A DNA stretch of 64,000 nucleotides from Podarcis liolepis (lineage: Eukaryota), in assembly GCA_965112155.1 (NCBI GenBank), contig OZ218101.1. The stretch is one strand, 5' to 3'. This document shows positions 26,295-38,750 of this stretch, piece after piece. A program made the position numbers and the translations under genes. The notes beneath the pieces were generated by a model. That model made no database searches, was not told where the DNA came from, and saw only the letters and a program-made list of their open reading frames with translations. The stretch's first letter is position 1. Each line of letters opens with the position of its first letter.

Positions 26295-27360
26295 TATTTA
26301 TTTATTCAGAATAGTTATAGGCTGCTTAATGATAAAAATATATTGAGTGGTGTGCATAATAAAAGAATTATCAATAACATAGAAATACAATCAGCAAAAC
26401 TTGTAAAAAAACAAATATATCTAACTAAATCCTATGTCTGGGTAGGCTTTCTGAAATAAAAATGGTTCTCAGAAAGGCTCTAAAACAATATAGCCTGCTT
26501 AATGCCAAAGCATAGGTGCTGCTGTACTAAAAGACTAACCCTCACAAATATGGAATGAACATTATATGACACTTTCAAATTATGTCGACCAAAGCAGTCA
26601 AGCAGGTATGTATGGAGACAAGGAGATCCCTCAAGTAAACCATTCCCAAGCTGTTAAGGGCTTCATATAAAAATAGAAAATCATTGAATTTGGTACAATA
26701 ACAAATCAGCAGTTGATGCAGATCTTTGAACAGAAGATCTCACTGTTGATAGCTATTGTGTTTTGGTATTCTGCACTAACTTCAGTTTCCAGACCAGCAC
26801 AAGGGAAGACTCACATAAAGTGTATCACAGTAACCTACTATTGAAAGTTACAGATGCCTGGACTACTGTGGTCAAGCTATCCCTGGTCCAGGAATGGTCA
26901 CAATTATCCACAGGTAAAACTGATAAAAAGTGTTTCTAGCTACCGAGGCCTCCAGTGATGAAGCTGGATCTAGTAGCACCCACAGAATGCATGCCTGCTA
27001 CTTCAGAGAGAGTGCAACCCTATCCAGAGAAGGCAACTGACTGATTTGTCAGACTATTCACTCACATAAATTTGTCTTGCCAGGATTCAAGCTCCATTTA
27101 TTCTCTCTCATCCAGCCATCTACCACAGCATCCAGGCACTGTTCTATGATGTGCTTAGCCTTGCCTGATATTTAAGATGTTATGGAAAAATAGAGTTGAG
27201 TGTCATCAGAATACTGACAACTTGCCTCAACTTTCTCAATGGTCACTCTCAAGGCTTCATATAGCATGGCACTCCATAGCATAACTACCAGGGGAGCTGA
27301 AAAGCACTCCCCCAAAGCTATTCTTTGGACTTGGCCTCATAGATAGGATCAATAATATTG
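26295..27360 (-). mobile_element. L2 LINE 3' relic
   Basis: Reverse strand at 27187-27220 reads CQYSDDTQLYF (L2 RT YADDTQLY motif). A (TAAA)n-type tail is near 26295. Confidence 0.8.
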
Positions 27361-28790
27361 TACACTGCGTGTGTGCATGTGTGCGTGTCACATATATGTT
27401 TAGTTAAAGGCAATGTGCCACATTGTCAAGAACACCTAACATCAATCTGACTGAGACAACACTACGAAAACAATTACAGTATTTTCAAGTGTGAATGTGC
27501 TAAAAATATTTTTTTAATGGGCAGCTAGACAATACATTTCTCAAAAATCCTTCAACATGTTGCTAATTTTTTTGCATTCATCTGCACAGAAAAATACATC
27601 ATGCTAACATGTTTTTTATTAAAAAATCAGTTAAAATTTCTTAACAATATATTTGGTAACATATTTTTATGTGCACAATATATTATTTTTGACAAAATAA
27701 AAACCCCAGGTGAATCATCTAAAACACTCTTTGGCAAATTTTGCCTAATCAGGGCTTTTCCACTAAATTACCTACCTCAACAGAAACTCGGCTGAATTTT
27801 ATCCTGGTATCTAACACTGCACATGATCTTTGCTCATGTGAATAATTGCTAGGGTGGAAAATTGCAGTAAATATGATGGTACAGATGTTCTTTTTCAGTG
27901 GACCAAACAGAATGAAAGGAAACAGTATTTTATGGTTCATTGCTGATTTTATTTAAGATCTGATGTTTAGTTACCAAAATGTTTTGCATGTACCTACTTT
28001 CTTTGCAGATAGTTTAGTATAACACTGTAATAATTTGAAATAATATTCATAATAGTGAAGAAAGATAATTAAAGGGTAGCAAGTAAATGATGTCTGGGTT
28101 GTTTTATGGTGATTTCTTGTAATATTTTAAAATTACTAGCAAGCGTTTCAAAGCAGAGTATGCATGTGAAAATATAACAGACAAAATAAAATTCAATTAT
28201 AGATAACACACAGCAGACATGGTTTGTTAAACCAAACAGTAACCAAACATGAATTTTGATTTATAATGGCACAATGGCCGCTGGGAAGAGCACAGAAAGA
28301 AAAAATGCCATGGTGCATCTGCAGCAGCACAACCGGATGGCTTCATCCGCCCCGGCTGCAACAAAACATGTCTATCCCATACCAGTCTCTACAGTTACAA
28401 CTGTAACTCTCCAATGGTTTGACTTTACCCCTAAAGGCACATTCCTCTATTGTCTCCCAAGACAGACAGGTGCCAGCAACCAACAAATGGCACAATCAAA
28501 ACGTTTCCCATCAGATTTCAATGGCAGTTAAATTAAGCCCTCTTTGTTCATTCTCCTTCATATGTGGAGGAAATTAGTCTACACCTGCTGAATCCAACCA
28601 CTATGTGATGCACCCAATCAGCCTCACATGGCAATGTATGTGCATTCAGCTTGATGTTTACTATGCATATGGGCTTCCACACAATAGTCAACCATGTGTG
28701 ATTGGGGTTCTAAATTGCTTTTTATTTTGTTTTCTGAACTATGTGCTGAACTATGTATTAGGGGATATGACACCAAGCTAATCCTGTATA

Positions 28791-29021
28791 CAGTGGTACC
28801 TCTGGTTACGAACTTAATTCATTTCGGAGGTCTGTTCTTAACCTGAAACTGTTCTTAATCTGAGGTACCGCTTTAGCTAATGGGGCCTCCCGCTGCTGCC
28901 GCACGATTTCTGTTCTCATCCTGAGGTAAAGTTCTTAACCTGAGGTACTACTTCCGGGTTAGTGGAGTCTGTAACCTGAAGGGTTTGTAACCCGAAGCGT
29001 TTGTAACCCGAGGTACCACTG
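28791..29021. mobile_element. Tc1/mariner (Tigger-like) MITE, 231 bp
   Basis: TA|CAGTGGTACCTCTGGTTAC...GTAACCCGAGGTACCACTG|TA. Same family and orientation as 10474-10699. Confidence 0.92.
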
Positions 29022-29359
29022 TACTTCTTTGCTGATATCTTACATCGTAGCAGGCAACAGGATAATGATAAGGAGCTCTACCACCTCCCATTGCACAAGC
29101 AGTGCTTCTCTTGCACAAACCTTGGTCAAAGTCTATGGTAGTTTCAGGCACCTTCATACTTTTTTTTTGCCATAAATTTATGGCAATCTACCAAGAATCC
29201 TGCTCAGTGAGCAAGAGGGAGACCCAATCTGAAAATGCAGGTTAGCCCCAGTGACAAGTAACAAACTTAGGCAGCTGTGCAAGGAGAAGGTAAGTACCTA
29301 ATATTTAAAAGGAAGTCCAGTCTACTGCAACTTAAACTCCTTAAATCTTGTCCTCTCCT

Positions 29360-29517
29360 ATGTGCAAGGTCTTCAAGTAATTAAAGAGAGCTCTTGTGTA
29401 TCCCTTCAAACTTCTTCTCTCTGTGTTAAGCATACACAATTCCTTCAACCTTTCCTAATAAAACCTGTTTCCCATGCCTCTGAACACATCTTCATCCTCC
29501 TGTGAACCCATTTCAGT
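29360..29517 (-). mobile_element. CR1 ORF2 C-terminal fragment
   Basis: Reverse strand resembles the CR1 motif YEERLKELxxxxLEKRRLRGDxxxxFKYLK. Confidence 0.6.
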
Positions 29518-29867
29518 AAATATATTAGGAAACAGTTGGTTTTCATCTTGAAAATGGCTGATCAGATGGCTGATCATACTGGTACAACAAATGGCTCAGA
29601 AGATCTGTTTTATAAGAGACTTTGGAAAGCACATATTTCAGTTAATGAATGAATGAATGTATGCATGCCTTGTTTGTCTGGTATCACATGCTGTTAGGAC
29701 CTCTCACCACAGGGTTTGTTCCACACTATTTTGAGTAAGAACAGAATGTATAAATTAGTAAGAGATAAAATAAACAGGCAAGTTTGCTCTCTATCTCTAA
29801 GTCAGTTCTTAAAAAGATAGAGATGTTTTAGTAGCTACTTTATTGCCAAAATTCTGGTTGCTTTACA

Positions 29868-30076
29868 TAGGGTTGCCATATTTTGAACTTTTTAGAAACC
29901 CACCAGCTCATTTTGGGAACAAACCCCAAATAGTAATTTTAAGGTTTTGGAGCAGTTTCTGCTGCGTTGCCATACATCTGGGTTTTCCCTGACATTTTGC
30001 AGAATCGTCAAAACTCCACCCTGACACCATTTTCACACCCAAAAACCAGGACATGTCAAGACGTATGACAAGCCTA
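29868..30076. mobile_element. hAT (Blackjack-like) MITE, decayed
   Basis: TIRs TAGGGTTGCCATA...TATGACAAGCCTA. TSD is not clean. Confidence 0.65.
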
Positions 30077-30334
30077 AGCATACAAACCAAGAAGGGGAGC
30101 CTAGGTGACAAGAGAAAATGCTAGTTCTGTTTACCTTTCTGTGCTCCTCTCGTTCCATTCTAAAGTTCATTGAGTTGTGAAACTGACCAGGAGTGGCAAG
30201 GAATCTATGAGGAAATGTATTCAAGACAAAGACCTAAACACAATTGCTTCTTGGAGGCATAGGTGCTCAGCAGCAGCATATCTGTGTTTGTATCAGACTT
30301 TTTAAACAACACTGTCGGATTATTTCCCAAGGGC

Positions 30335-30409
30335 TAGTCTGCTGCAGGAAAACAACAGAATCCTTTGGGCACCTTAAAGACTAAGATGCTAAAGGACTCT
30401 GTTGTTTTT
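30335..30409. mobile_element. Degenerate fold-back Penelope-like pLTR end
   Basis: aaaacaacagaatcctttgggcaccttaaagactaa followed by its inverted counterpart taagatgctaaaggactctgttgtttt. Shares gcaccttaaagac with the element at 5673-5840. Confidence 0.6.
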
Positions 30410-30656
30410 ATTGTCAAGTGAGGATTTCTTTTGATACTTTGCAGATGACTGAGTATTGGTGGTCCCCATAAATGACCTTGTCAGAATAAGGCTTGCTTAC
30501 TGATCAATGTACTGTCACATTGCAAGGGCAATGTGTAAACTAGCCATAAAGAAAAGGTATGTATGTGTGCCTCATTCCTGAATGTACACAACTACTGTGA
30601 ACTATTGGACAAATGAGATGATTAGAGTTCTATTCCCGTCTCTATTCAGACATCTA

Positions 30657-30904
30657 CAGTCGTACCTTGGTTTTCGAACAGCTTAGTTCTTGAATGTTTC
30701 AACTCCCAAAAGTTGCAACCCCGGAAGTGACTGTTCCGGTTTGAAAACTATTTTTGGAAGCCAAACATCCACCGGGACTTCCGCGGCTTCCAATTGGCTG
30801 CAGGAGCTTCCTGTAGCCAATCAGAAGCCGCACTGGTTTTTGAATGTTTTGGAATTCAAACGGACATCCAGAACGGATTCCATTCGACTTCCAAGGTACG
30901 ACTG
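30657..30904. mobile_element. Tc1/mariner (Tigger-like) MITE, 248 bp
   Basis: TA|CAGTCGTACCTTGG...CCAAGGTACGACTG|TA, a perfect 14-bp TIR. Confidence 0.92.
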
Positions 30905-32939
30905 TATTAGGCTTTTGAGAAAAGTGCAAACCGTGTATATTTTTAGAATGCAAAGCCCAGGTACCCAGTCCTATTTTGGAGTCACATGTTAATCCCATAT
31001 ATTAAATAGTAGTGATTACACTATACTAAAAAACATGAAAGACATCAATGTCCTGCTAAAGGGATGGGCATAATATAACATACAAACAAACAAACAAACA
31101 AACAAACAAACCAAAAGCAGTATATCACTTTGTATTCTCATCTAAATTCAGAAAAAACTGCTGAATTCCATGCTAAAATTAAGATCTGAGGAATATTTTA
31201 TTCCTGACTGAGGCTAGAACAAAAAGACCAACATGCTGCCTATCCTCCTTTATTTACAGAATTTGAACTAAATGCTGAACTTCATTTCAAATGCATGGTT
31301 ATTGATATAAGCAGGTCAGTGTATAAGACTGCACAGAACCAAGCCTAACAAAGTCATTACTTGATAGTGTATCCCTAGGTAAAGAATGAAAAAGGGTAAA
31401 CTGCCATTAATCCGTTCTGTGCCCTAAAAAGGGTTGCTATTCCAATTCCCTCATGCCATTCAACTTCAATAGATTCATTCATTCAATGTATATACCACTA
31501 AACTACAATTGTCTCTAAGTGGTGTATGGAAAATAAAAAAGGTAAAATCAATTAAAACTTTAAATTCACAGTTTAAAAATGCCTGCTGGAATAAAAAAAG
31601 TCTTCAGCAGGCAACAAAGTTATCGTTTTGACATATTCCTGCTTTCCTTCAATTTATTATAAACTATTAAAAGTCTGGTCTTGATTTTTATCTGATTCAC
31701 TGCTACACTTAACTCTTCTTAAAACTGACTAGACGTACAAATGTCCCACTCTGGGCTGTTCTGACCCCACTGCAGCGTAAGGCAGAGTACTGTATATGGA
31801 TTAGTTTTACAAACCGCTCTTCATCATTTCAGTAATCCCAGCGTAGTTTCCAACATATAAAATATCTCATCTAAAAATACATTTAAATAAAACAACCAAT
31901 ATTATTGTAATATGAGGACCAATAACAACGGCAACTAATTAATTAACTAATGCTTGAAATAGTTCATAGGATCATACTTGAGACAATACATTCAGTGTTT
32001 GTCAGTCTTGTAATATAGAATGAAAACATTATTTAGCCATACTGGTTTGTAAAACTAGTTTTTAATCTGATCTTAGTGCAGTTCTTGACATTTTGTCATA
32101 ACAGGCTTTTAGCTTTGAACCTTTCACCACAGCTGTTAATATCCATGGTATTTAAGTGGGTGTGTGGGTGTTATTTTTAAAATACTTTTTTTTCGCCTCA
32201 TGAGATGTAATGTATGGTGGTACAAATATATAGCAAAGCTGCTTAAGTATTCAGTAAGGATATCCTGCCTTCTGTATTATTAGAGGGGTTTTTTTATTAA
32301 AAAATGCAGTATTTTTTGAGAATCACTTTTATTTGTCATGTTCAGTAATTATCGTTTATGTGAAAAGATGGGAGAGGGAATTGCCATAAGCACTTAGGAG
32401 GCTGTAAGGCCCATAATCATGCCATGTTTCTGGCTGTACCTATGCTAAGACGACATATCACATCTTCAAAGACTATTCTGTAGACATCAAACATGTTCAA
32501 AGCTTAATACAATTATAATGTATCTTAAGAAAATAACCACAGAATCTGCAGAACCTGTTTGACTAGGGAATAATGGAGCCAATTTGGCCTCTAGAGACTT
32601 TTAAGTTAAGCACATTACCAACTGGACCATATAAGAAAGTAAACATTGGCTGCTCCAAAAGTAAATGATGAGGCATTTCTGAAATTAATTTTAACAGCGC
32701 TCTATGTTGGCATTTTCTTTAAATGGAAAATAAGCAAAAATGCTAGTATAAAGATATTTTATTGCACAGGGCAACATTAAATAAATGCACAAACAAATGC
32801 TAATATGTATCACAAGCCACATCCAATCATGCAAAATTAGAGTAATCTGAGATAAAAGAAGATCCCAAACTCAGAAGTGCTTGCTTTTCTCCACTTACTA
32901 CTGGTGACTTGCATCTTATACTTATTATACTTACTCAAT

Positions 32940-32943
<4 letters not shown>

Positions 32944-32975
<32 letters not shown>

Positions 32976-32981
32976 GTATAA

Positions 32982-33018
<37 letters not shown>
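32944..33018. repeat. Compound microsatellite (GT)n + (AAAT)n
   Basis: Read directly from the sequence. Confidence 0.95.
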
Positions 33019-33021
<3 letters not shown>

Positions 33022-33734
33022 TCTCCATTTATTCATTCACCACCACCATATGCACAGCTTCGATCCCAGGCATATTCAGCTTTTGAAAGACAGCACAAGG
33101 ACTCTGGCAGTGCCTCAGAGCCCTCATGTCTCCTTCCAAAAGCCGGGCAAGTGCTTACCAGGCATTGGGAAAGTGCAATGAAGGCTCTAGGATCCTGCCA
33201 GGGCCTTCATACTGCCTTTTCAAAGCCAAGTAAGCAGCCCTCCACCTTGAGGTGGTCCCAGTTCCAGAGGTTCCTGCTTTATGCATTTGTTGCATTTATG
33301 CATGGACCCCCAGAACTGAACCCTCATGTAAGGTGCGAATTACCCATACCAAAAATTGAATAAAATATTCGCTATCTATTAAAGATCTGAGATACATATT
33401 GTTCTTCATATATATATATATGTATGTTCCTTCAAATGTGGCTTCCCTCTACAAAAAGTATTGTAATTCTTATTTAATTTAATCAAAAATCACTATCAAT
33501 ACAGTTTCATGTATTTATATCCAATTGAATTTAGCTGTGCTAAGCTGCACAACACTGTAGCTCATGCACTACTATAGCTATACTGGACCAATTCCCACAA
33601 TCTACTTGTTTTCAGTTCACTGTATTAAGTGTACATAGTTCCTTCAGCCTCCAGCACTTGCACAATCTCATCTGATTCAGATGGCTTAGAGAAAGAGCGA
33701 GCGCTTGAGTGAGTGAGAGAAGCTTATTGCCACG

Positions 33735-34230
33735 GCTTAGGGCCCAAACAATGTTTGGAGTGCTGCTGCCAATATGAACCTAACTGGACCCTTCTCCAGG
33801 TTCCACCTCAAGGAAAAGGGTCTTTTCAGCTGTGGCTACCAATCTACAGAATGCGGTCTGCCTGCCCCCATCCTGAAATCCTTTCAGCACCAGGTTAAAA
33901 CTTCACTGTTTCCCAGATGTTTGAAGAAGAACTGTCAATTGCCTATTGTGAGGGTTGGCCAATGTCATACCCTCTGTCGTTGGACTGTAACTCTCATAAT
34001 CCCAGTGAACTGGTCACAGTAGCCGAGAATGAGGAGAGCTGTAGCTCTACAAAGACTTGATGCTGGCTACCCCTGATCTAGTGGATAAAATGTCCTTCCT
34101 TTTGATGTTTTTCTGCTAGATTCATTCATAAATTATATTGGAACAATCTTATGGAATTGTATTGTTTTAGTTTTATATGCTATGCCTTTTTGTAAGTTGC
34201 TTAGAGACTTCTATGTGGTAAGCAATTAAT
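33735..34230 (+). mobile_element. L2-like 3' fragment, probably interrupted by a decayed hAT MITE (about 33930-34075)
   Basis: ...agggtcttttcagctgtggct...tcctttcagcaccaggttaaaacttcactgttt... resembles the L2 C-terminus. The tail tgtaagttgcttagagac...aagcaattaataa is at about 34190-34230. Confidence 0.5.
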
Positions 34231-36694
34231 AAGTCAAGCACTAATACTAATATTTGTATCCTGAAAGGGAGAATATAAACAACTGTAATAAATATGTAAT
34301 AAATGAATGGTTCATGTCCAAAGTGTATGAAGACATATACAGAATACATAAAGAAACTTGACTTGTGTCTTTCCAGGAGCAAAGAAACTCTGAACTAAAA
34401 ATACACAAGACAAACTACTAGTCTCCATTTTTTCTTGTCTACATGGCGATACACACATATTCCTATGCTATGCATTCTTCCTAAAATGATTACCAACTGC
34501 CAAATAAACATTTACAGATGTTTTTCAGTGGAGATCAAAAGCAATTTAATATGCCTGCTTGGATCTATTACTTGCCAAACACAGAAATAGAGAGGAAGAA
34601 TCAACTCAGTAATATAACCAGTTTATTTTCCTGAAAGTAGGATATCCATGACTGTGCTGAAGGGTTTTAAATTAAGTTCTCCTGCCACACCTTCAATTGT
34701 ATACAGATAAACAAATATGAAACTATGGGTTGCTGAGCTCTGTTCCAAACAAAATATACTTTATTTTATCCCCTATTTTGGTATTTCCAACTGTCTTGCA
34801 ATCTATATGTAGAAGAAATTCTGTCAGATGAAGGTTTGTGTACAGAATAAATATACATATATAACTGGTGAAGGATTCTTCCCCCGTTCTTCAGACAGAC
34901 TGTCTTTACACAATTCAGGCTCATCTAGAATTTGGGTTTGCAAATGGTCAGTCTTCATTCTTAGATGAGGGTGCTAGCATATAAATTAGAAGTTATGGTC
35001 ATGTAGATATACCATTTATGCAGAAGTCCATTTGAAATAAAAGTGATAAAGATTCTTAGGATGACTGTTATACTTTTTGTGGGGGTGGGATGGGCAGGGA
35101 TGCAGAGAAACTGGAAAGTTCAATGGGAAAAGTTTCCAGAAACAACAGACAGGAATGTCAAAAGTATTAGGAGCCTAAGAGTGTATACTGTGAGCTGAAA
35201 AAATGAGAAATGAATCTAGTTGTTCTGGGGTAAAGGAAGCAGAGTAAATAAGGGGCAAGTTAAAACAGGGAAAGGAAGGAATCTTCGAATGAGTTCCAGG
35301 GATGCAATTTGTGGGGAATGGTTGGAGCAGTAAGGAAAGCTGCATTTCTGATTTGTTCTTTGTTTTGTCCGAAGCATTTTCACCACATTTCTGTGGCAGT
35401 TATAGTTAAGAGGGAAACTGAGATCTATTTGGAAGAATGCCACAGTAGGAGCTCATGCTGATAGAGAAGAATGGAGATGATTAGAAAGCAATTAAAATAA
35501 ACTTTTGCCTGGATTTTCCTTCCCCTTGTAATAGTCATAAAACAAATGTTTGCATAGAAGCCTGACCGAGGTCCCTGCCTAGACGAGTAATATACAAAAA
35601 CAACACAGAAGGCCTTAACCCTGACTATTTTTCCATGGCTGGAAGCCAACACTAGCTCAAGTATTGAGTAAGGATGAGGTCACTCATGATGCTATTTGCA
35701 ATTGCAACTGTCACCTGCATACTTTCCCAACAGGGCAGTTGTATCTGCTAATCATTCCTGATTGTTTCAACACTAGAATGTTGTCTTTAGTTGTTTTCTG
35801 GCTACTTTTACTTAAGAATATTTAAAGAGAAACACGGGAAATGGAATCAAGATTAAGTTACTATAGCAAAACAGCACAAACACTTTAGAAAAATACCCAG
35901 GAATGGGAGGCAAGTAGCAAGGGACCACTATTGTAGTTAAGGAAGTGAGCGGAGACAGGTCATAGCCAACTATTGCCATTGGGTGACCTTAAGCAAATCA
36001 CATTTGTCCAGCCTCAGACCCCAATATGGTGGTAACAACAACAAATGGAGAAGCAGAGTGGCTAAAAGACTAGCGTTGCAAGCTAGGAAGTCGCATCTGG
36101 CCTGTGCTGCTATGTGGCTTTACACAAACAGACCACTATCTTCCAAACCTATTTCTCAGAAAAGGGAGGAAGATAGATAAGGGAGGAAATATGTGTCTCC
36201 ACTATAACCCCACTTCAGACTAGAGAGGCTGAGTGTTTCTCCATACAAAACAATCAACCCTCGTATACAACTTGCAGAACATACTGCCAGAAGAATAACA
36301 AATAGTTCATCTGACTACTCCCCGCTCCATTCGCCTATTACTACGAATGAAAAGATTGATCTGTTTGGCTATCCCATGAAAAACATTTTGATTTGACTAA
36401 AATGTGCCCCTGATTAATTGGGTAGCAGATTTTTTTAAGTGCTTACGTGTTTTTAAAGAACTAGTTTTTATTTGCAAATTTATTCAAATCTAATGTAACC
36501 ATTTTGCAACCAATTTTGCAATTAATATTTCTTTAGGGGGGAAATTGTTCTATTTGTTACACATGGCACAACGTACACAGATATATGGCAAGGCCACACT
36601 GACTAATTCATAAGACAAACACATTTGTTACCTAAAATTGTTACACTTGAGAACATGATTTTTATATATTCAAACTATTGGTCAGTTTAACTCA

Positions 36695-36822
36695 GTACCC
36701 TGACTGGCAGCAGCTTGCCAGAGTTTCAGGCAACAGCCTTTCCCAGACATACTTGACTATGCCAGAAACTGAACCTGGGACCCTATGCATGCAAAGTATG
36801 TACTGTACCATGAGCTGTACCC
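36695..36822 (-). mobile_element. Old tRNA-derived SINE
   Basis: Reverse strand: ...tttgcatgcatagggtcccaggttcagtttctggcat...cctgaaactctggcaagctgctgccagtcag. A related + strand copy is at about 42245-42375. Confidence 0.6.
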
Positions 36823-37269
36823 TTCCTTAGTTCTCTGTTTCACAGCTGAAGAGCAGTTACACATGGCCGATAAGTTTAATCATATGAATTAACAGGATCA
36901 GATGACAGTAACAAAGCTCATAAAAGAGAATACTTTTAAAATGCACTAAAAGTAGTTTTGATACCATCAGGTGCAAATGATTAAAAAACAACAACACTTT
37001 CTTCTTTAATGAAGGCAAGCATCACACAAGTCTTCTACAACAACAGAGTTAGTACTAGTAAGTTTTAGGCTAACAAAACTCACAGAATTGTTGTGTTGAT
37101 TGCAAAGAAATTGCGACCTTGCAAGTCTGAGATGCTTAGAGCAAGACCTTTACATACACGACTACAATAAATAAAATGAAATGTGACATATGCCAGATTT
37201 ACTTTCAAGCAGTTGACATTATTTTTTAAGTTAGCTACAGGTTTCATGTCAGCCAAGACAATTCCAACA

Positions 37270-37400
37270 CAAGCCATTTCCTTATCTCTCCCAAAGTATG
37301 CAACAAAAACCAAAGGAAAACACTCAGTGTGTGATGAAAAGGAGCTGAAGAGCTGCATGTCATCAGCATACTGATGGCACAATCACTCAAACCTTCACTT
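37270..37400 (-). mobile_element. L2 RT fragment
   Basis: CHQYADDMQLFSSF in ORF 37080-37382, then LGEIRKWL in another frame. Confidence 0.75.
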
Positions 37401-37564
37401 CCTGTACTGTCAACACAGATGACAAAAACGGAAGTTTCAGGAATTCTAATAAACAGTGGGCTATGGATGCTACTGCCAGAGCCCACTCAGGCTGTCAGCA
37501 GCTGTTTATTGCATTGCACTTCAACACTTGTCTCTTTTTTCCTATAGTTCCTCTGCAATACTTT

Positions 37565-38750
37565 TGCTGCAAATCCCAGGTGGGGAACCTATGTTGCACT
37601 GGAGGGGACAGATGTGTTGCTCCTCAAAGGAAACACGGGAGGAATGGCTGAGTTGACATAAGCCAATCCAGGTCTTTGAAGAGGATAGATTAAAGTGCTG
37701 AGGTCTGACAGCACAAGGTGTTGGGCTTGAGGCCTAGAGATAAGCCTTCCAGCAGAAAGTGGAGGTCCAAACCTGTTGCTCGTCTTGGGAAAAAAATCAT
37801 TTGACACCCAGGAACAGACACATTGTCAGGTCCTCTGCTATAGGCATACTGTGGATGATCTTCTGGGTGCTAGAATATTGTCTTGCCACCGATGTTTGGA
37901 AGTCCAGCCTTTGAGGAGCTTCTTCCTTTCAACTTCCATAAATGCAGGTGGTACCAATGTGGCCCTTATAAAGAAGGTCTTCCCTGATAGGCAGAGGTTA
38001 GGGTCAGGAAACTGTTAGGTTGGTTAAGGTCAGAAGCCAAGATCTTCATGGCCAGTGGGGCCAGGAGTACCATTGCCCTTTCTTGTTGAATCTTCCTCAG
38101 TACCTATGTTATCAGAGGTAACACAGGAAAGGTGTGCAATAGCCCCTGTGGCCATGATGCTGTGGGGGCATCTGTTGCATCTGCTGACTGGCAGTAAAAT
38201 TGGGAGAAAGTTTTCCTGACTTATTGGTTGTCTTATCATGGCAAATAACTTGATTTCTGCTTTCCCAAAGCATCTGGTTATCAGACAGAATATCTCTGGA
38301 TGGAGTTTCCATTCACCATGGTTAAGACGTTCACTGCTCAGCCAGTATGCCTGTATGTTGTCTACTCCTCTGAGGTGTTCTGCTCTAAGGAGTCTGGAGG
38401 CCTCCTGCTGCAGGCATGTGATTTTGTACCCTCCTTGCCTTGGCTATTTCAAGGCTTCTTTAGCTTTTCACAAGAGAGAAAAAGGATGAGAGTGCTGGAA
38501 AACTCTGTAAGAATCAGACTCCTCTGCTTCTGATTCACCATCCCATTCATTATCATTATCATTATCACCATCATTCTCTGATTGTTGATCTGAGGTATTC
38601 AGGGAAGCAGATACCTGGGACTGAGTTCCCCACTCATGAAGTGCAGGGGAAGTGGAATGCCCTAGGTTGGGACTGAGGATCCCTGTGTGAAGGTCATGTT
38701 CTAGATTGCCTCTTGGAGGTGGAGGCAACAGACAGACGAAGAACATTTGG
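37565..38750 (-). mobile_element. Decayed DIRS1-like (tyrosine recombinase) retrotransposon with internal deletion
   Basis: Manual reverse-strand translation across stops and frameshifts gives four segments in order. Acidic ORF1-like stretch (NEWDGESEAEESDSYRVF). RNase H end (LRAEHLRGVDNIQAYWLS...EWKLHPEIF...LFA). MT-like region (GLLHTFPVLPLIT*VLRKIQQERAMVLLAP-HWP...PIREDLL). YR N-terminus (ILAPRRSSTV...LHFLLEGLSLGLKPNTL...FL*GATHLSPPVQHRFPTWDL). Confidence 0.85.

Noticed and set aside
37080-37382. YADD-containing ORF as an active reverse transcriptase or as the DIRS RT
   Set aside because: Only a short L2-type motif survives. It lies on the wrong side of the DIRS YR region and the rest of the ORF is unrelated.
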